DNA from: a virus
DNA length: 64,000 bases
Strand: one strand, 5' to 3'
IMG/VR virus record: IMGVR_UViG_3300023296_000994
Each line of letters begins with the position of its first letter. The stretch's first letter is position 1. Shown here piece by piece: positions 1-9,955 of the stretch. The translations under genes and the position numbers were made by a program. The notes beneath the pieces were generated by a model that made no database searches, had not been told where the DNA came from, and saw nothing but the letters and a program-made list of their open reading frames with translations.

Positions 1-249
1 TGGTTTCCCGGAACTACGATGTTTCCAATTTTTATATCGTTCGAACGAAGTTCCGCAATTCAAACAATTTACAATTTCATGCGCTGTCGCCGATCTCCAA
101 TCATGCATTGTTTTAATATCTTTAAATCGCTGGTGTCTATATTTCCAATCTATCCAAAATTCTATATTAGTCCATTCACATATTTTTTTAACTCGTTTTG
201 GAGTACCACGATTAGATTTTTCTTTACTTATTGCTATAATTCCGTTCAT
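1..249 (-). CDS. Partial ORF running off the left end; possible homing endonuclease or zinc-ribbon protein downstream of the sheath gene
   Basis: Not in the ORF track. ATG at 249 reads MNGIIAISKEKSNRGTPKRVKKICEWTNIEFWIDWKYRHQRFKDIKTMHDWRSATAHEIVNCLNCGTSFERYKNWKHRSSGKP with no stop in the window. Basic, with CxxC. Confidence 0.55.
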   Translation of the reverse strand, partial: MNGIIAISKEKSNRGTPKRVKKICEWTNIEFWIDWKYRHQRFKDIKTMHDWRSATAHEIVNCLNCGTSFERYKNWKHRSSGKP

Positions 250-254
250 ACTTT

Positions 255-1982
255 TTAATCGCCAAATTGAGCACCTGTCGGCAATATCGAAAAATCAATG
301 ATAATAAATTCTGCTGCACGTGCTGGTTGGATGTAAATATCACCTTTAAGTATATTACGATCAATTACATCAGGAGTATTGTTGGTTTCGTCCATTATAA
401 CACGGAATGCATAAAGGCCCTGACCTTGTTGTACTGATTCCATATATGGATTAACAGTTGCCAAGAATCTATTTCTAAGAGCCGATGTGTTATTTTCGAA
501 TACTAAGAAACGTGATGTAGATGCAATAAACTTCTTAAGGTTAATTAACAATCTACGTACATTAACACGGTCAAGTGATGTAGCTTTCTTTTGAAGTGTC
601 TTTTGACCGAATACTGTAATTCCTTGTCCTGGGAATGTTGCAATTGGATTAATTCTACCATCATACAACGTATCACGGTTAGCTTTAGTCAACTTACGTT
701 CTGCTTCTACAGCAACGTCAATACCACCACGAGTTAAACCAGCGGGGGCAAACCATTCGGCAGAAACTGAATCATTATATGATAATACACCTGGCATAAC
801 AACCGAAGGTGGAACCCAAACGTTTTTATTAATTCTAGGCGCAGACATCTTAACCCAAGGCCAGTATGTAGCTGCGTATGATGAAATTAAGTTATTTGCC
901 TGTGACGTAACTGTGGCCAATGTAGTTTGACCATGTGCTACAGGGTCAATTACAAGGAAAAGGTCACCCCGTTCTTCTGCTACTGTTTGCATTAATGAAA
1001 CGGTAGTACCGTGGTCTTGAAGGGTAACACCAGGTGCAACCATCAAGTTAATATCATATTCATCTGAATTCTTTAGTAATCGAATTGCAGGAGCATATGC
1101 GGTATTTGGGTCATATCCTTGGACGTTGGTTGCATATGAAGCAGAAAAGAATTGCTGTGGGTGAGTTACTTCACCATCTGATCCGGCGGACATAGCTCCA
1201 CCATCTGACCCCGAACCGGCAGTTGGAAGCGAAGCGGACGCGGCAGGGACGCGGACGTTACCATTAGTATCCAAATAATCCACAGTATCAACCACAGCCG
1301 ATACACGAACATAATTTGAAATAGGTGGATAATCGCCTGTTAACTGAATAAATGGATCACTTGTAGATGCATCCATTAATGTGTAATATTGATCACCTAT
1401 AGCACGTGCTATATAATTGGTTGAATTCGGGTCAAGTGATATATTATTAAATTGTTCTAAATATATCTTTCTATTTTCAGTATCATCGCCACGTCTAACA
1501 GACAGGGTAAATGTACCTGTTTCATTATTTACGTTTGATACTTCGTATCGTAAATTATTTTCAGTACCATTAGCCAATGCTTCATTAGTACCAATGGTTC
1601 CGGCGGAATTCATAATCGCGCCATCGCCAAATGTTGTCAATTTAAACGATGCGGTTGATGAAGGCGTTCCATAATACACACTGGCTGTTGCTGGTGTATA
1701 ACTTCCGCTTAGAATTCTAACAACAGTTAATGCACCGGAGTTACGTAGATAGTAATCAGCGGTTAAGCTGGTAAAATATTCGTAGTATTTACTACCACTT
1801 TGAAACGTAGTACCAAATTTTGCAGCATATTCGGAAAACGAATTAACTGTGATTGGTATCATTGCTGGACCTTTTACGGTAGGGCCAACTATAGCAGCAC
1901 CTATTTCCGAAACACCCTGTGGTATAAAAGATAAATCATTCTCTCTAGTAAATACACCAGGACTAACTATTTTTTCTGCCAT
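255..1982 (-). CDS. gp18: Contractile tail sheath protein (T4 gp18-like)
   Basis: N-terminal SPGVFTRE; C-terminal YWPWV, WFAPAG, INPIATFPGQG..VFGQKTLQ, DRVNVRRL, IQPARAAEFI are sheath motifs. Confidence 0.95.
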   Translation of the reverse strand: MAEKIVSPGVFTRENDLSFIPQGVSEIGAAIVGPTVKGPAMIPITVNSFSEYAAKFGTTFQSGSKYYEYFTSLTADYYLRNSGALTVVRILSGSYTPATASVYYGTPSSTASFKLTTFGDGAIMNSAGTIGTNEALANGTENNLRYEVSNVNNETGTFTLSVRRGDDTENRKIYLEQFNNISLDPNSTNYIARAIGDQYYTLMDASTSDPFIQLTGDYPPISNYVRVSAVVDTVDYLDTNGNVRVPAASASLPTAGSGSDGGAMSAGSDGEVTHPQQFFSASYATNVQGYDPNTAYAPAIRLLKNSDEYDINLMVAPGVTLQDHGTTVSLMQTVAEERGDLFLVIDPVAHGQTTLATVTSQANNLISSYAATYWPWVKMSAPRINKNVWVPPSVVMPGVLSYNDSVSAEWFAPAGLTRGGIDVAVEAERKLTKANRDTLYDGRINPIATFPGQGITVFGQKTLQKKATSLDRVNVRRLLINLKKFIASTSRFLVFENNTSALRNRFLATVNPYMESVQQGQGLYAFRVIMDETNNTPDVIDRNILKGDIYIQPARAAEFIIIDFSILPTGAQFGD

Positions 1983-2033
1983 TTATAATCTCCGTTATGT
2001 TGTTTGTTCCTCTAATTAGAGTACTATTCACTA

Positions 2034-2042
2034 TATAAATAT
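2034..2042 (-). promoter_or_regulatory. Putative late promoter motif ATATTTATA upstream of the sheath gene
   Basis: One of about 18 intergenic copies of ATA(T/C)TTATA located just 5' of minus-strand genes. Confidence 0.65.
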
Positions 2043-2075
2043 ATAACTATTCTACAAACCACTACCACTATAATA

Positions 2076-2315
2076 TCAACTTGATATAAATTCCCCACTA
2101 TCAATGTCAATAGTACCTGAGCCATACTTATCAGTTAGTACTTGAGCTGCATTGGTTTCATCTTGTCTAAGTTTATTTAAATCAATAGTTAGTGTATTTT
2201 GTTTTCTATCTAGTTCAATACGATCTATTGATATTTTACCAAGTTCATACGAAATGACATTATATCGTTCGCGTATTTCTGTTACTGTGGCTAATTCTTC
2301 CTGTGTTAACTTCAT
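2076..2315 (-). CDS. Small coiled-coil hypothetical protein
   Basis: 79 aa, helical, ending KYGSGTIDIDSGEF; preceded by ATACTTATA at 2345-2353. Confidence 0.75.
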   Translation of the reverse strand: MKLTQEELATVTEIRERYNVISYELGKISIDRIELDRKQNTLTIDLNKLRQDETNAAQVLTDKYGSGTIDIDSGEFISS

Positions 2316-2355
2316 TTTTATTTTTTTTATTTTAAAATTCTATATATAAGTATCA

Positions 2356-4266
2356 TTATGTCGGTTGAACTATTAATGCTATAGCTCTGTTAAATGAGGG
2401 TAGCGTAACACTAGCAGTATTAGATGAAACTGTACCGGTTATTACAGTATCTTCAATTGAAGTATCGCAATCAAATGGCCTTGCATCAAATCCACCGGTA
2501 AAAGATACTGGAATAGATACTGATACACCCGTTCGAGCAGGACATTCAGCAGACGCTGTTAAATAATATGATGAAGAAATGTCGGCACTACCACTTTGTA
2601 TATCAAATATATACGCGGCGGTCTTGTTTTCATTTTGCATAGCCATCGCATAATACCCAGTATCCGTTGTTAAGTTATTTATTGCACTGTGTGTTTCTTC
2701 ATGAAAACTAGCGGATTTAGCAAATCTAATAGATGCGTAATTCATGGCTGGTGTATTAACCGTAGCTAAATGATTATTAATATCCCATGAACATCCGACG
2801 CCACATGCTCCAGAAAATGCGTTTTCCCAATATGCATGTTTATCATGTAATGCTCTGGTAATACCAAATAATTCCGAAGTCTTATCGGATTCTATATTAG
2901 CTGCTATCCACTGACCATTTCCCATCGAACCATTAATATATTTAGCAGTTGTAAGGTCAATATAATCAGAATTTGGATGGGTATAGTGATTGTATACAGC
3001 ATATAAGTTTTCTGAATCTGCGCTTATACTGATAATCTTGGGTTTAACTGGAGGATTGTGGTGTAGATGTGAACACCTAACATCCATATTAGCACCTGTG
3101 TGTTGTTCGGTGCCTGTTCCACCATCGCCTGTGGCTATCCACTGACCATATGGGTCGATAGATTCCATGTATGTTTTCATACCCTCATACCATGATTCCA
3201 AATCCGCTTTGCCGGTTGGTAATGTTGTATCATAATTGTGGCCGAATAAATAAACTTCAGCACATAATTCACGAATCATCCATCCAGTACGATATCCCCA
3301 CCGAGCTATTGAATATCGTAGTGAATTTTTAAAATAATCGGTTGCGGTATCAGTAGTAGTTAAATCTCGGGGGTGATTTAATGGACCGTTGTTATCTTCA
3401 TACCATATTGACGATGACCATTCTGAATTCCATGATGCTGTTACCTGATCGGAAAACGCGCTGGGTGCATCATCCCATAATAGTAACATTTGATTTAGGC
3501 CACCTCTATGAAAAAATACATTCCATGTTCCAATTCCCGCCGCATCACATGCAACATTTATATCATTTATGGCATTGGCCGCGAATCTACTTATAGTTCC
3601 TGGTATACCATTTGTATCCTGATTATCCAATAAATGTAAATCATTACTAAAGTTAAATCTAAGATAGTTCCACTCATCGGGATAATTTGACATTGAATCT
3701 ATAAGTACGGTATAGTCTGCGGGGTCAAAGTTGGCGGAACCCGAAACGTATTCTGGATCACCGGGCGTATATAACGTTGTACCGTATTGGGCATTAAATC
3801 CAGCGGGATAAAATGCTTGGCCACCTTTTAATGCTAATTGAGGTTCAGTGGGATGGTCCCTAATGAAATCAGTCATTAACCAACTAGAGCTATACTCAAT
3901 TACATCATTTTGTACAGTTGGAATTTCAGTATCTATTGCTACCGTTACATTATATATTCCATCTGGAAATCTAGTATTGGCCGTATATGTTTCACCATCA
4001 TTTTCATAATAAAATGGATGTGTATATACTTCCGCTTGTTGGCCGCTGGTGGATGCGAATGTGGCAATTACGCTTGCATTATCATAGTTACCCGGGTACC
4101 CTGCGTATGCAAATGATACCGGAAGATATTCAGATTCTAATGTACCCTGCTCTAATGTTATAAAATCTGATATATTAGTGATGGTAACGCCACTTATGTC
4201 GGTTTTACTGTTTATTATTATCATAATTACAATTACAATTACTACAGCTATAACTATAGGAATCAT
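2356..4266 (-). CDS. Glycoside hydrolase-like protein (clan GH-A TIM barrel with N-terminal Ig-like domain)
   Basis: FYPAGFN, NYLRF and RYSIARWGY...RELCAEV resemble the RYxxARWG...WExxNE motif of GH5-like proteins, with AE in place of NE. Hydrophobic N terminus. Confidence 0.6.
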   Translation of the reverse strand: MIPIVIAVVIVIVIMIIINSKTDISGVTITNISDFITLEQGTLESEYLPVSFAYAGYPGNYDNASVIATFASTSGQQAEVYTHPFYYENDGETYTANTRFPDGIYNVTVAIDTEIPTVQNDVIEYSSSWLMTDFIRDHPTEPQLALKGGQAFYPAGFNAQYGTTLYTPGDPEYVSGSANFDPADYTVLIDSMSNYPDEWNYLRFNFSNDLHLLDNQDTNGIPGTISRFAANAINDINVACDAAGIGTWNVFFHRGGLNQMLLLWDDAPSAFSDQVTASWNSEWSSSIWYEDNNGPLNHPRDLTTTDTATDYFKNSLRYSIARWGYRTGWMIRELCAEVYLFGHNYDTTLPTGKADLESWYEGMKTYMESIDPYGQWIATGDGGTGTEQHTGANMDVRCSHLHHNPPVKPKIISISADSENLYAVYNHYTHPNSDYIDLTTAKYINGSMGNGQWIAANIESDKTSELFGITRALHDKHAYWENAFSGACGVGCSWDINNHLATVNTPAMNYASIRFAKSASFHEETHSAINNLTTDTGYYAMAMQNENKTAAYIFDIQSGSADISSSYYLTASAECPARTGVSVSIPVSFTGGFDARPFDCDTSIEDTVITGTVSSNTASVTLPSFNRAIALIVQPT

Positions 4267-4278
4267 TATTATTAAATA

Positions 4279-6057
4279 TCACAGAAATGGATCTGTGGGT
4301 GTTATGGCGGTGGATGCTGATGCAATTGATGTTGACATTTCAGCGTATGTATGAAAGTCCTTACTTACTGCCGTTCCATTTATATCGCCATAGTGATGTA
4401 ACGAATAGTCCGTATAGTTACTTGGAAATGATTCGTTATTAGTTTGAAGTATTTTTTGGCCAATGGCATTAGATGCTATTTGATGCCTACGTGCTGATTC
4501 AGACATTACATATTCAATAGCAAGCCCAGTAGAATTACTTAAAACCAAAGATACACTTTGTGTTTCAAACGTACCTTCCACGGTAGAACTTGTGTAAAAC
4601 CAGGGAGTTGATATTCCTTTGGTAAATGGTATATCATAAAACATAGACGCTGTATTATACAATGAAAATATATCGCTATCTTCTGTTAAACTGGTATAGT
4701 ATCCAGGTCCGGGGTATTGTAACGATGAACTTAATAGAACCAATGTTGTATCAACCCTAGTAACCCAATGAGACGGTGGTAGGGTTTCGCCGCCAATACT
4801 TTTATTAATTATATTTAATGCAAAGTTCACATATTCTACTTCACGTAAATCATCAGTACCGAGTAAATTAAAAGTTACGTCCCAATTATCATAGCCGTGG
4901 CCGCCAAGTGGTGTATTATACCAATAGACATTTTTATTACTCTCACTTAAAGTGGCATATTGATCGTATGTTCCTTTGGCAACAGGCGCGTTTGTCTGAT
5001 AAAATAAATGGTTATCTCTAAATGGTACGAGCTTGTCTGCTCCAGCGCTTTGCATAATTACTGGATATGGTATTTCACGATTACGTATTATAGTGTCCAT
5101 TTCCACGGATGCAGTATATGATCCAAATGATTCTATGGACCCAATTACCTTTTTTTCCAAGCGATTTAATTTATTATTACCTAAATCATTTGCAAATGTA
5201 AGTTGTGCGGTCTGGGCGCCGCCTGCTGAATTACCCTGTATAATGTATTTTTTAATTGCGTTTGGTAATACTGTTTGAATATTATCATCAACCCAATCCC
5301 ATGCATCGATGGCGTCTATCGTTGCCATACCAGATGTTCCCAACGCAGTTTGTAAAAATTCAGTTCCATTATCAATACTAAATGACGGCGGCGTTGTATT
5401 TTGGTCGGTAAGACTATACCCCATAAGAGTCGACGTTACACCCAATAATCTTTCCGGTGATTGTACATCTGTAAGATTAAATAAAGACCCAGTAACTGCG
5501 GTCCATCCCCGTCTATATTCCACCGTTATACAATGGATTCCGGCCCGGCGAAACTGATTAATGGTTTCATCTGGAGTGGCCTCGAAATTAGAATACCCTA
5601 CGTCAAAGCCTCCGCCGTGGAAATAAAGTAATATCGGCGCGGCGACGGTGGGATCGCCAAAGCTTGATGTTGAATTAGTTGATTGTAATGGTGAAAACCC
5701 ATATGCTGGGTATACGTCCATATATAAAAGCTGGGCGTATCCCTTTGCATTAGTTCTAGTTAGTCCGCTATATCCTCTACTTCCAGTAACATCATTAATG
5801 AATTCCAAGAACTTAGCTTGTCTATCCCCTACAGCAGTAGCCTCTATATCGGAATTAATAGTAGCATAATTCGACGCGCTCCAAGTAGATGACGTAGGAA
5901 ATTCATCACTAGCTGTGGCCGTGTAGAATATTCTCTGGATACTGCCGCTGTTAAGTAGGGCTACTACCGTATCTAATTGACCTGTATTATTTCCTATTAC
6001 GTATGTATCTGGTTCAAATATACCTTTAGATACTACATTAGTCGTAAATTCAGCCAT
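4279..6057 (-). CDS. Alpha/beta-hydrolase (HSL-family esterase-like)
   Basis: LLYFHGGGF oxyanion motif, VEYR, nucleophile elbow GNSAGG, candidate Asp (DKLVP) and His (GGHG). Confidence 0.85.
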   Translation of the reverse strand: MAEFTTNVVSKGIFEPDTYVIGNNTGQLDTVVALLNSGSIQRIFYTATASDEFPTSSTWSASNYATINSDIEATAVGDRQAKFLEFINDVTGSRGYSGLTRTNAKGYAQLLYMDVYPAYGFSPLQSTNSTSSFGDPTVAAPILLYFHGGGFDVGYSNFEATPDETINQFRRAGIHCITVEYRRGWTAVTGSLFNLTDVQSPERLLGVTSTLMGYSLTDQNTTPPSFSIDNGTEFLQTALGTSGMATIDAIDAWDWVDDNIQTVLPNAIKKYIIQGNSAGGAQTAQLTFANDLGNNKLNRLEKKVIGSIESFGSYTASVEMDTIIRNREIPYPVIMQSAGADKLVPFRDNHLFYQTNAPVAKGTYDQYATLSESNKNVYWYNTPLGGHGYDNWDVTFNLLGTDDLREVEYVNFALNIINKSIGGETLPPSHWVTRVDTTLVLLSSSLQYPGPGYYTSLTEDSDIFSLYNTASMFYDIPFTKGISTPWFYTSSTVEGTFETQSVSLVLSNSTGLAIEYVMSESARRHQIASNAIGQKILQTNNESFPSNYTDYSLHHYGDINGTAVSKDFHTYAEMSTSIASASTAITPTDPFL

Positions 6058-6060
6058 ACA

Positions 6061-7659
6061 TTAAAATATATTTAAACTTTGACTCGAAATTAAATAATTG
6101 GCCGCGTTGCCTGATGATAAAATTACATCAACTTTAAACGGACCTGTTGTGTCCATTAATCCTACATTTGAAGATGCAGTTATTTCTAATTTTTCTCCAG
6201 CTAGTAATTGATAAAATGTATACCGGCGGCCGTTTGTTGCGGCCGATGGCGACGGTAATTTATAATTTACACTACCGCTTGCCACATGGGTTTCAGGGGA
6301 AAAATTAGTCAGTACAATATTTCCAGTTGTATTTTCATCGGGTGGGTGGATCGACCCACTCATATATCTAATAGTTCTATTTGCTTGTATACGTTGACTA
6401 TCGATACGATCGAGGCCGGTGTCGAATTGAATATCCAACACACTACCATTTTTGCTGCCGCTGGCACCAATAAAGTTTATAGTGTCATCATTAGTAAGTG
6501 CTAGTGAATCAAAACCTACGAGACCCACAGGATCTGATGATGACACGTTGAACCCACTAAATATAACTAACGGTCCATTTGTATATTTTTGTAACGCATT
6601 ATCCCATTTGATTACATGATTCGCGCCTTCTGATAGCGACCGCGTTACACCAAATAAATCATATACGGCTGATATTTCATTTGATCCTGTGAATGAATGG
6701 GCCACCACATTTGCACTAGTAGATATATACGCACTGCATGATATAACACCATCAACTATCAATGATTTACTAACAAATGTATTGGTATTACCAACACTAA
6801 ATAATGTTTGGCCCGTTGTGGTTTGAACATCAAGTAATACACCACCTACTGTATCTTGGACTCTGAATAATGTATCACCGTCACTATTACGAACGCGTAA
6901 AATATCAGAGCCGTCACCCGTTACATCATGTGAACCTGTAATATTAACTGAGCCTGTAACATGTGCTGGGCCCGTTAATATACTGGGACCTATATTAGTA
7001 AATCCGGTTGATCCGCTTACCGTAAATGAACCGGATAGTTCTAAATTATTTGTTGTAGCGTAATTTGATCCCGTTGGTAAAAATATGGATATATTTGACC
7101 CAGTGGGTGCCCATGAAGCAGATATTGTGTATGAAGATGATTCTGCATATGACGCTGATTCTATATATGATCCCGTGTCTGCATATGATGATGATTCTGC
7201 ATATGATGATGATTCAACGCTTGTTAAACCGGATCCATCACCAGTAAATGAACCCGTAAATGAACCAGTGAATGGTGCTGTTATTGCATTAAATTGTACT
7301 GAACTTGAAATTAATCCCGCACTATTTAATGTTGTAACATTAGTTTCATTAGTAGAAATCCGTATACTAAATGAAGATGAATCTGCGTTAAATGCACCGG
7401 TTATTTCAGATGCTATTTGTTCAGAGCTAGAAAGTATTCCGGCGGGGATTGAATCTAACCCATTCCAATCAAATGAACCTGTAATACCATTGGATACGTT
7501 TACTGAACCTGTTATTTGTATTTCGTTGGTAGTAGCATAAAATGAACCTGTCTGAATAAATATACCAGACCCGCCTCCACCTCCAGTTCCGGTTAACTGA
7601 GAACCATCACCCTTAAATGAACCGGAAAAGCTACCACTACGTAGTACAAAATCACCCAT
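6061..7659 (-). CDS. Ser/Gly-rich tail fibre-like virion protein
   Basis: Repeated SGSF/TGSF..GDGS.LT and ESSSYA units; lies in the structural region. Confidence 0.6.
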   Translation of the reverse strand: MGDFVLRSGSFSGSFKGDGSQLTGTGGGGGSGIFIQTGSFYATTNEIQITGSVNVSNGITGSFDWNGLDSIPAGILSSSEQIASEITGAFNADSSSFSIRISTNETNVTTLNSAGLISSSVQFNAITAPFTGSFTGSFTGDGSGLTSVESSSYAESSSYADTGSYIESASYAESSSYTISASWAPTGSNISIFLPTGSNYATTNNLELSGSFTVSGSTGFTNIGPSILTGPAHVTGSVNITGSHDVTGDGSDILRVRNSDGDTLFRVQDTVGGVLLDVQTTTGQTLFSVGNTNTFVSKSLIVDGVISCSAYISTSANVVAHSFTGSNEISAVYDLFGVTRSLSEGANHVIKWDNALQKYTNGPLVIFSGFNVSSSDPVGLVGFDSLALTNDDTINFIGASGSKNGSVLDIQFDTGLDRIDSQRIQANRTIRYMSGSIHPPDENTTGNIVLTNFSPETHVASGSVNYKLPSPSAATNGRRYTFYQLLAGEKLEITASSNVGLMDTTGPFKVDVILSSGNAANYLISSQSLNIF

Positions 7660-7668
7660 AGTTATCCG

Positions 7669-8772
7669 TTACGTTGTTACTGCATCTGACAATATCTTAA
7701 ATGCATTACCTTGTGCTGTTAATTCATCGTTTTCGTAATCATACAACCCTTGAGTGGGTTGGCCACCAAGAGATTGATAATATGCACCGACTACACGATC
7801 ACCCAGCGTGTTTTGGAAATAATCTAAGTAATCATTTATAACACGGCCTGTCGTTTGTGCATCAAATTGATGTTGATTTTTCTTAGCCCATTCAGTAATC
7901 GATACTTTTACATTACTTGTGTAAATAGAATCTAACTGCGACATGAACCAATCCATGTATTGTACTGGTGTATACGTATCAAAATTATCTGGTGCGAAAT
8001 ATGGGTGGATTTCTAAACACAACTTTTCAGCTGGGTCATTGAACCTACTAACAGGGATTGCTGCAATCAATAAATCATTATATTCTTTGGCGCGAGCTTC
8101 ACGGCCGGAACGGCCAAGACCAACTAATGTAGGTACACCAATGTATCCTTCAAATCCTAATTCTCGTAGCCATTGAATTTTTTGTGGGTACGCTGGGATT
8201 TCTTCTGATGGAAGATCGGCTTGATACATTTCAGGTGCATACGGTTCATTACTGATACCAACGCCATGAATTTCAACATCGTTTTCCATTACGTAATCAA
8301 TGACTTCTTTAATGTCATCCTTATCCATATGTACATGTATGGTTAACCAAACACCACATCCCGCTTGCTTAGCTGCTTCAATACAGATTTTAAAATAATT
8401 TGGTTCGCCGGCGGGAACGGGAGGATTATCTACGCCCTTAAAGCCAGCGTACTTACTTTCACCGTAACCTTCACCTGTAATCCAATATCCTACAGTTGGC
8501 GTTCCAGATGGAATTCTAACACTTTTGACATTCATTAAACTTAGTGAATTGGCAATACGTGTTGCTATAGTTGTAGCGTTTTTTGTTTTGTGTACTTTAC
8601 TTCTAAATGAACCTTGGGCGCATACACCGTGATAAAATACATCGAGTGATACTGGTGGTTCCACAGGTGGTTCCACAGGTGGTTCCACAGGTGGTTCCAC
8701 AGGTGGATCTACAGGTGTGTTATTACTATTCCACCAATTCATAAAGTGTTTCCAAAAGCCCATAATCATCAT
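7669..8772 (-). CDS. Clan GH-A glycoside hydrolase-like protein with N-terminal PPVE linker
   Basis: VRIPSG, GISNEP (acid/base), EIHPY, SITEW (nucleophile). Confidence 0.7.
   Translation of the reverse strand: MMIMGFWKHFMNWWNSNNTPVDPPVEPPVEPPVEPPVEPPVSLDVFYHGVCAQGSFRSKVHKTKNATTIATRIANSLSLMNVKSVRIPSGTPTVGYWITGEGYGESKYAGFKGVDNPPVPAGEPNYFKICIEAAKQAGCGVWLTIHVHMDKDDIKEVIDYVMENDVEIHGVGISNEPYAPEMYQADLPSEEIPAYPQKIQWLRELGFEGYIGVPTLVGLGRSGREARAKEYNDLLIAAIPVSRFNDPAEKLCLEIHPYFAPDNFDTYTPVQYMDWFMSQLDSIYTSNVKVSITEWAKKNQHQFDAQTTGRVINDYLDYFQNTLGDRVVGAYYQSLGGQPTQGLYDYENDELTAQGNAFKILSDAVTT
8654..8715. repeat. 12-bp tandem repeat (GGTGGTTCCACA x4 plus one degenerate copy) encoding (PPVE)n
   Basis: Directly visible in the sequence. 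Confidence 0.95.
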
Positions 8773-8792
8773 CCTTTTTAGTTGTTATCTTA

Positions 8793-8801
8793 TATAAATA
8801 T
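8793..8801 (-). promoter_or_regulatory. Putative late promoter motif ATATTTATA
   Basis: About 20 nt upstream of the 367-aa hydrolase gene. Confidence 0.65.
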
Positions 8802-8811
8802 CATCGACAAA

Positions 8812-9228
8812 CTAATAAATTACACTATAATCTGCTTCGTTAATAGGCATTACTTTTGTTGGGGAACCAATCGTGTCTTGAAATGGAAATTTACCCTGTA
8901 ATGACCACATTGTTTCAACACCATTATCAGTTAACATCTGTAAATACTCATCGGTAAAGTAGCCTTGAGGCATTCTTTGTGGTATGAATATGTTAGCGCT
9001 AGCCGAATTGGAAGCAGCGGTTCCGCCGCCTGCTACATATCTGCGATTATCTACGAAATGTCTATGTAGTTTTATATTTAATAATCGATTAACATAATTT
9101 GATGTATCACGTGGATCATACAATTCATTACCTGACCCATAATTTAAATACGTTGTTACACCTGATTGCTGACTTAATCTTACTTGGGTTTGAGCTTGTG
9201 ATATTCTTGGTCCGCCTATTGTTGTCAT
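8812..9228 (-). pseudogene. Truncated paralog of the N terminus of the 509-aa glycoside hydrolase (12478-14007)
   Basis: Shares QQSGVTTYLNYGS...NYVNRLLNIKLHRHFVDNRRYVAGGG...WSLQGKFPFQDTIG..KVMPINEADY, then stops 4 codons later, before both catalytic Glu motifs. Confidence 0.8.
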
Positions 9229-9240
9229 TGTATTATCCGT

Positions 9241-9939
9241 TTATGATGGTATATCTGTAGTAAATGTAGATAATGCTGTTAATATAGAAATTTCGGCTCT
9301 TATTCCTGAATCAATAGAATCGTTTTCAAGGCGCCACCAATTTAAAGGTGATAATGAAGTAAGATCACCTGGTAACCCACCATTATATATCACTTCAGCA
9401 GATGGGTTGGAATTAAATATTGCAAATTCGTCGATATAATATCCCGTGTTATTAGAACTTAATACAGAGCCCCCCGTTAAAATTTCATTACTTGTCCCTG
9501 AACCATTACTATCTGGGCCGACGAATGCCAACAAAGCCCCGTCTTGATAGAGCGTCCACTTACCAAAAACGCCTAAATCACCTGTCCCATCGTAACACCA
9601 TAAATGATGGTGCCAATTACCGTCCCTATGTGAATTATCTCTAGTTCTAATTGTTGATATTCCAGTTGATGTTGTTACTTGTATATAAGACCCAAAATTT
9701 GAAGCTACATTTGAAGTAAATCCTATTCTTGGAATGGCTGCCGGTGCACCGATGTTAGCTATAAATCCAGATGTAGCTGAACCAACTGGTATTTTTAACC
9801 AAAAACTAGTTGCGAATGGGGTATTATCATTGAAACCAGACCATCCAATGGGAGGTCGTATTTGTTGTGAACCATTAGATACGGCTGCATAGTTATTTGT
9901 AAATACTGATGATAATCTTGGTCCGAATGTAAATGCCAT
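9241..9939 (-). CDS. LamG/concanavalin A-like domain protein
   Basis: SFWLK, WHHHLWCYDG, LYQDG, IDEFAIFN, IYNGG.PGDL, NWWRLE. Confidence 0.8.
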   Translation of the reverse strand: MAFTFGPRLSSVFTNNYAAVSNGSQQIRPPIGWSGFNDNTPFATSFWLKIPVGSATSGFIANIGAPAAIPRIGFTSNVASNFGSYIQVTTSTGISTIRTRDNSHRDGNWHHHLWCYDGTGDLGVFGKWTLYQDGALLAFVGPDSNGSGTSNEILTGGSVLSSNNTGYYIDEFAIFNSNPSAEVIYNGGLPGDLTSLSPLNWWRLENDSIDSGIRAEISILTALSTFTTDIPS

Positions 9940-9955
9940 AAACTGTTTTCTTTTA

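Noticed and set aside
8783-8814. Stop-codon reassignment or read-through of the TAG ending the 138-aa ORF
   Set aside because: Homology ends four codons before the TAG, a TAA follows shortly after, and core genes are full length in the standard code.
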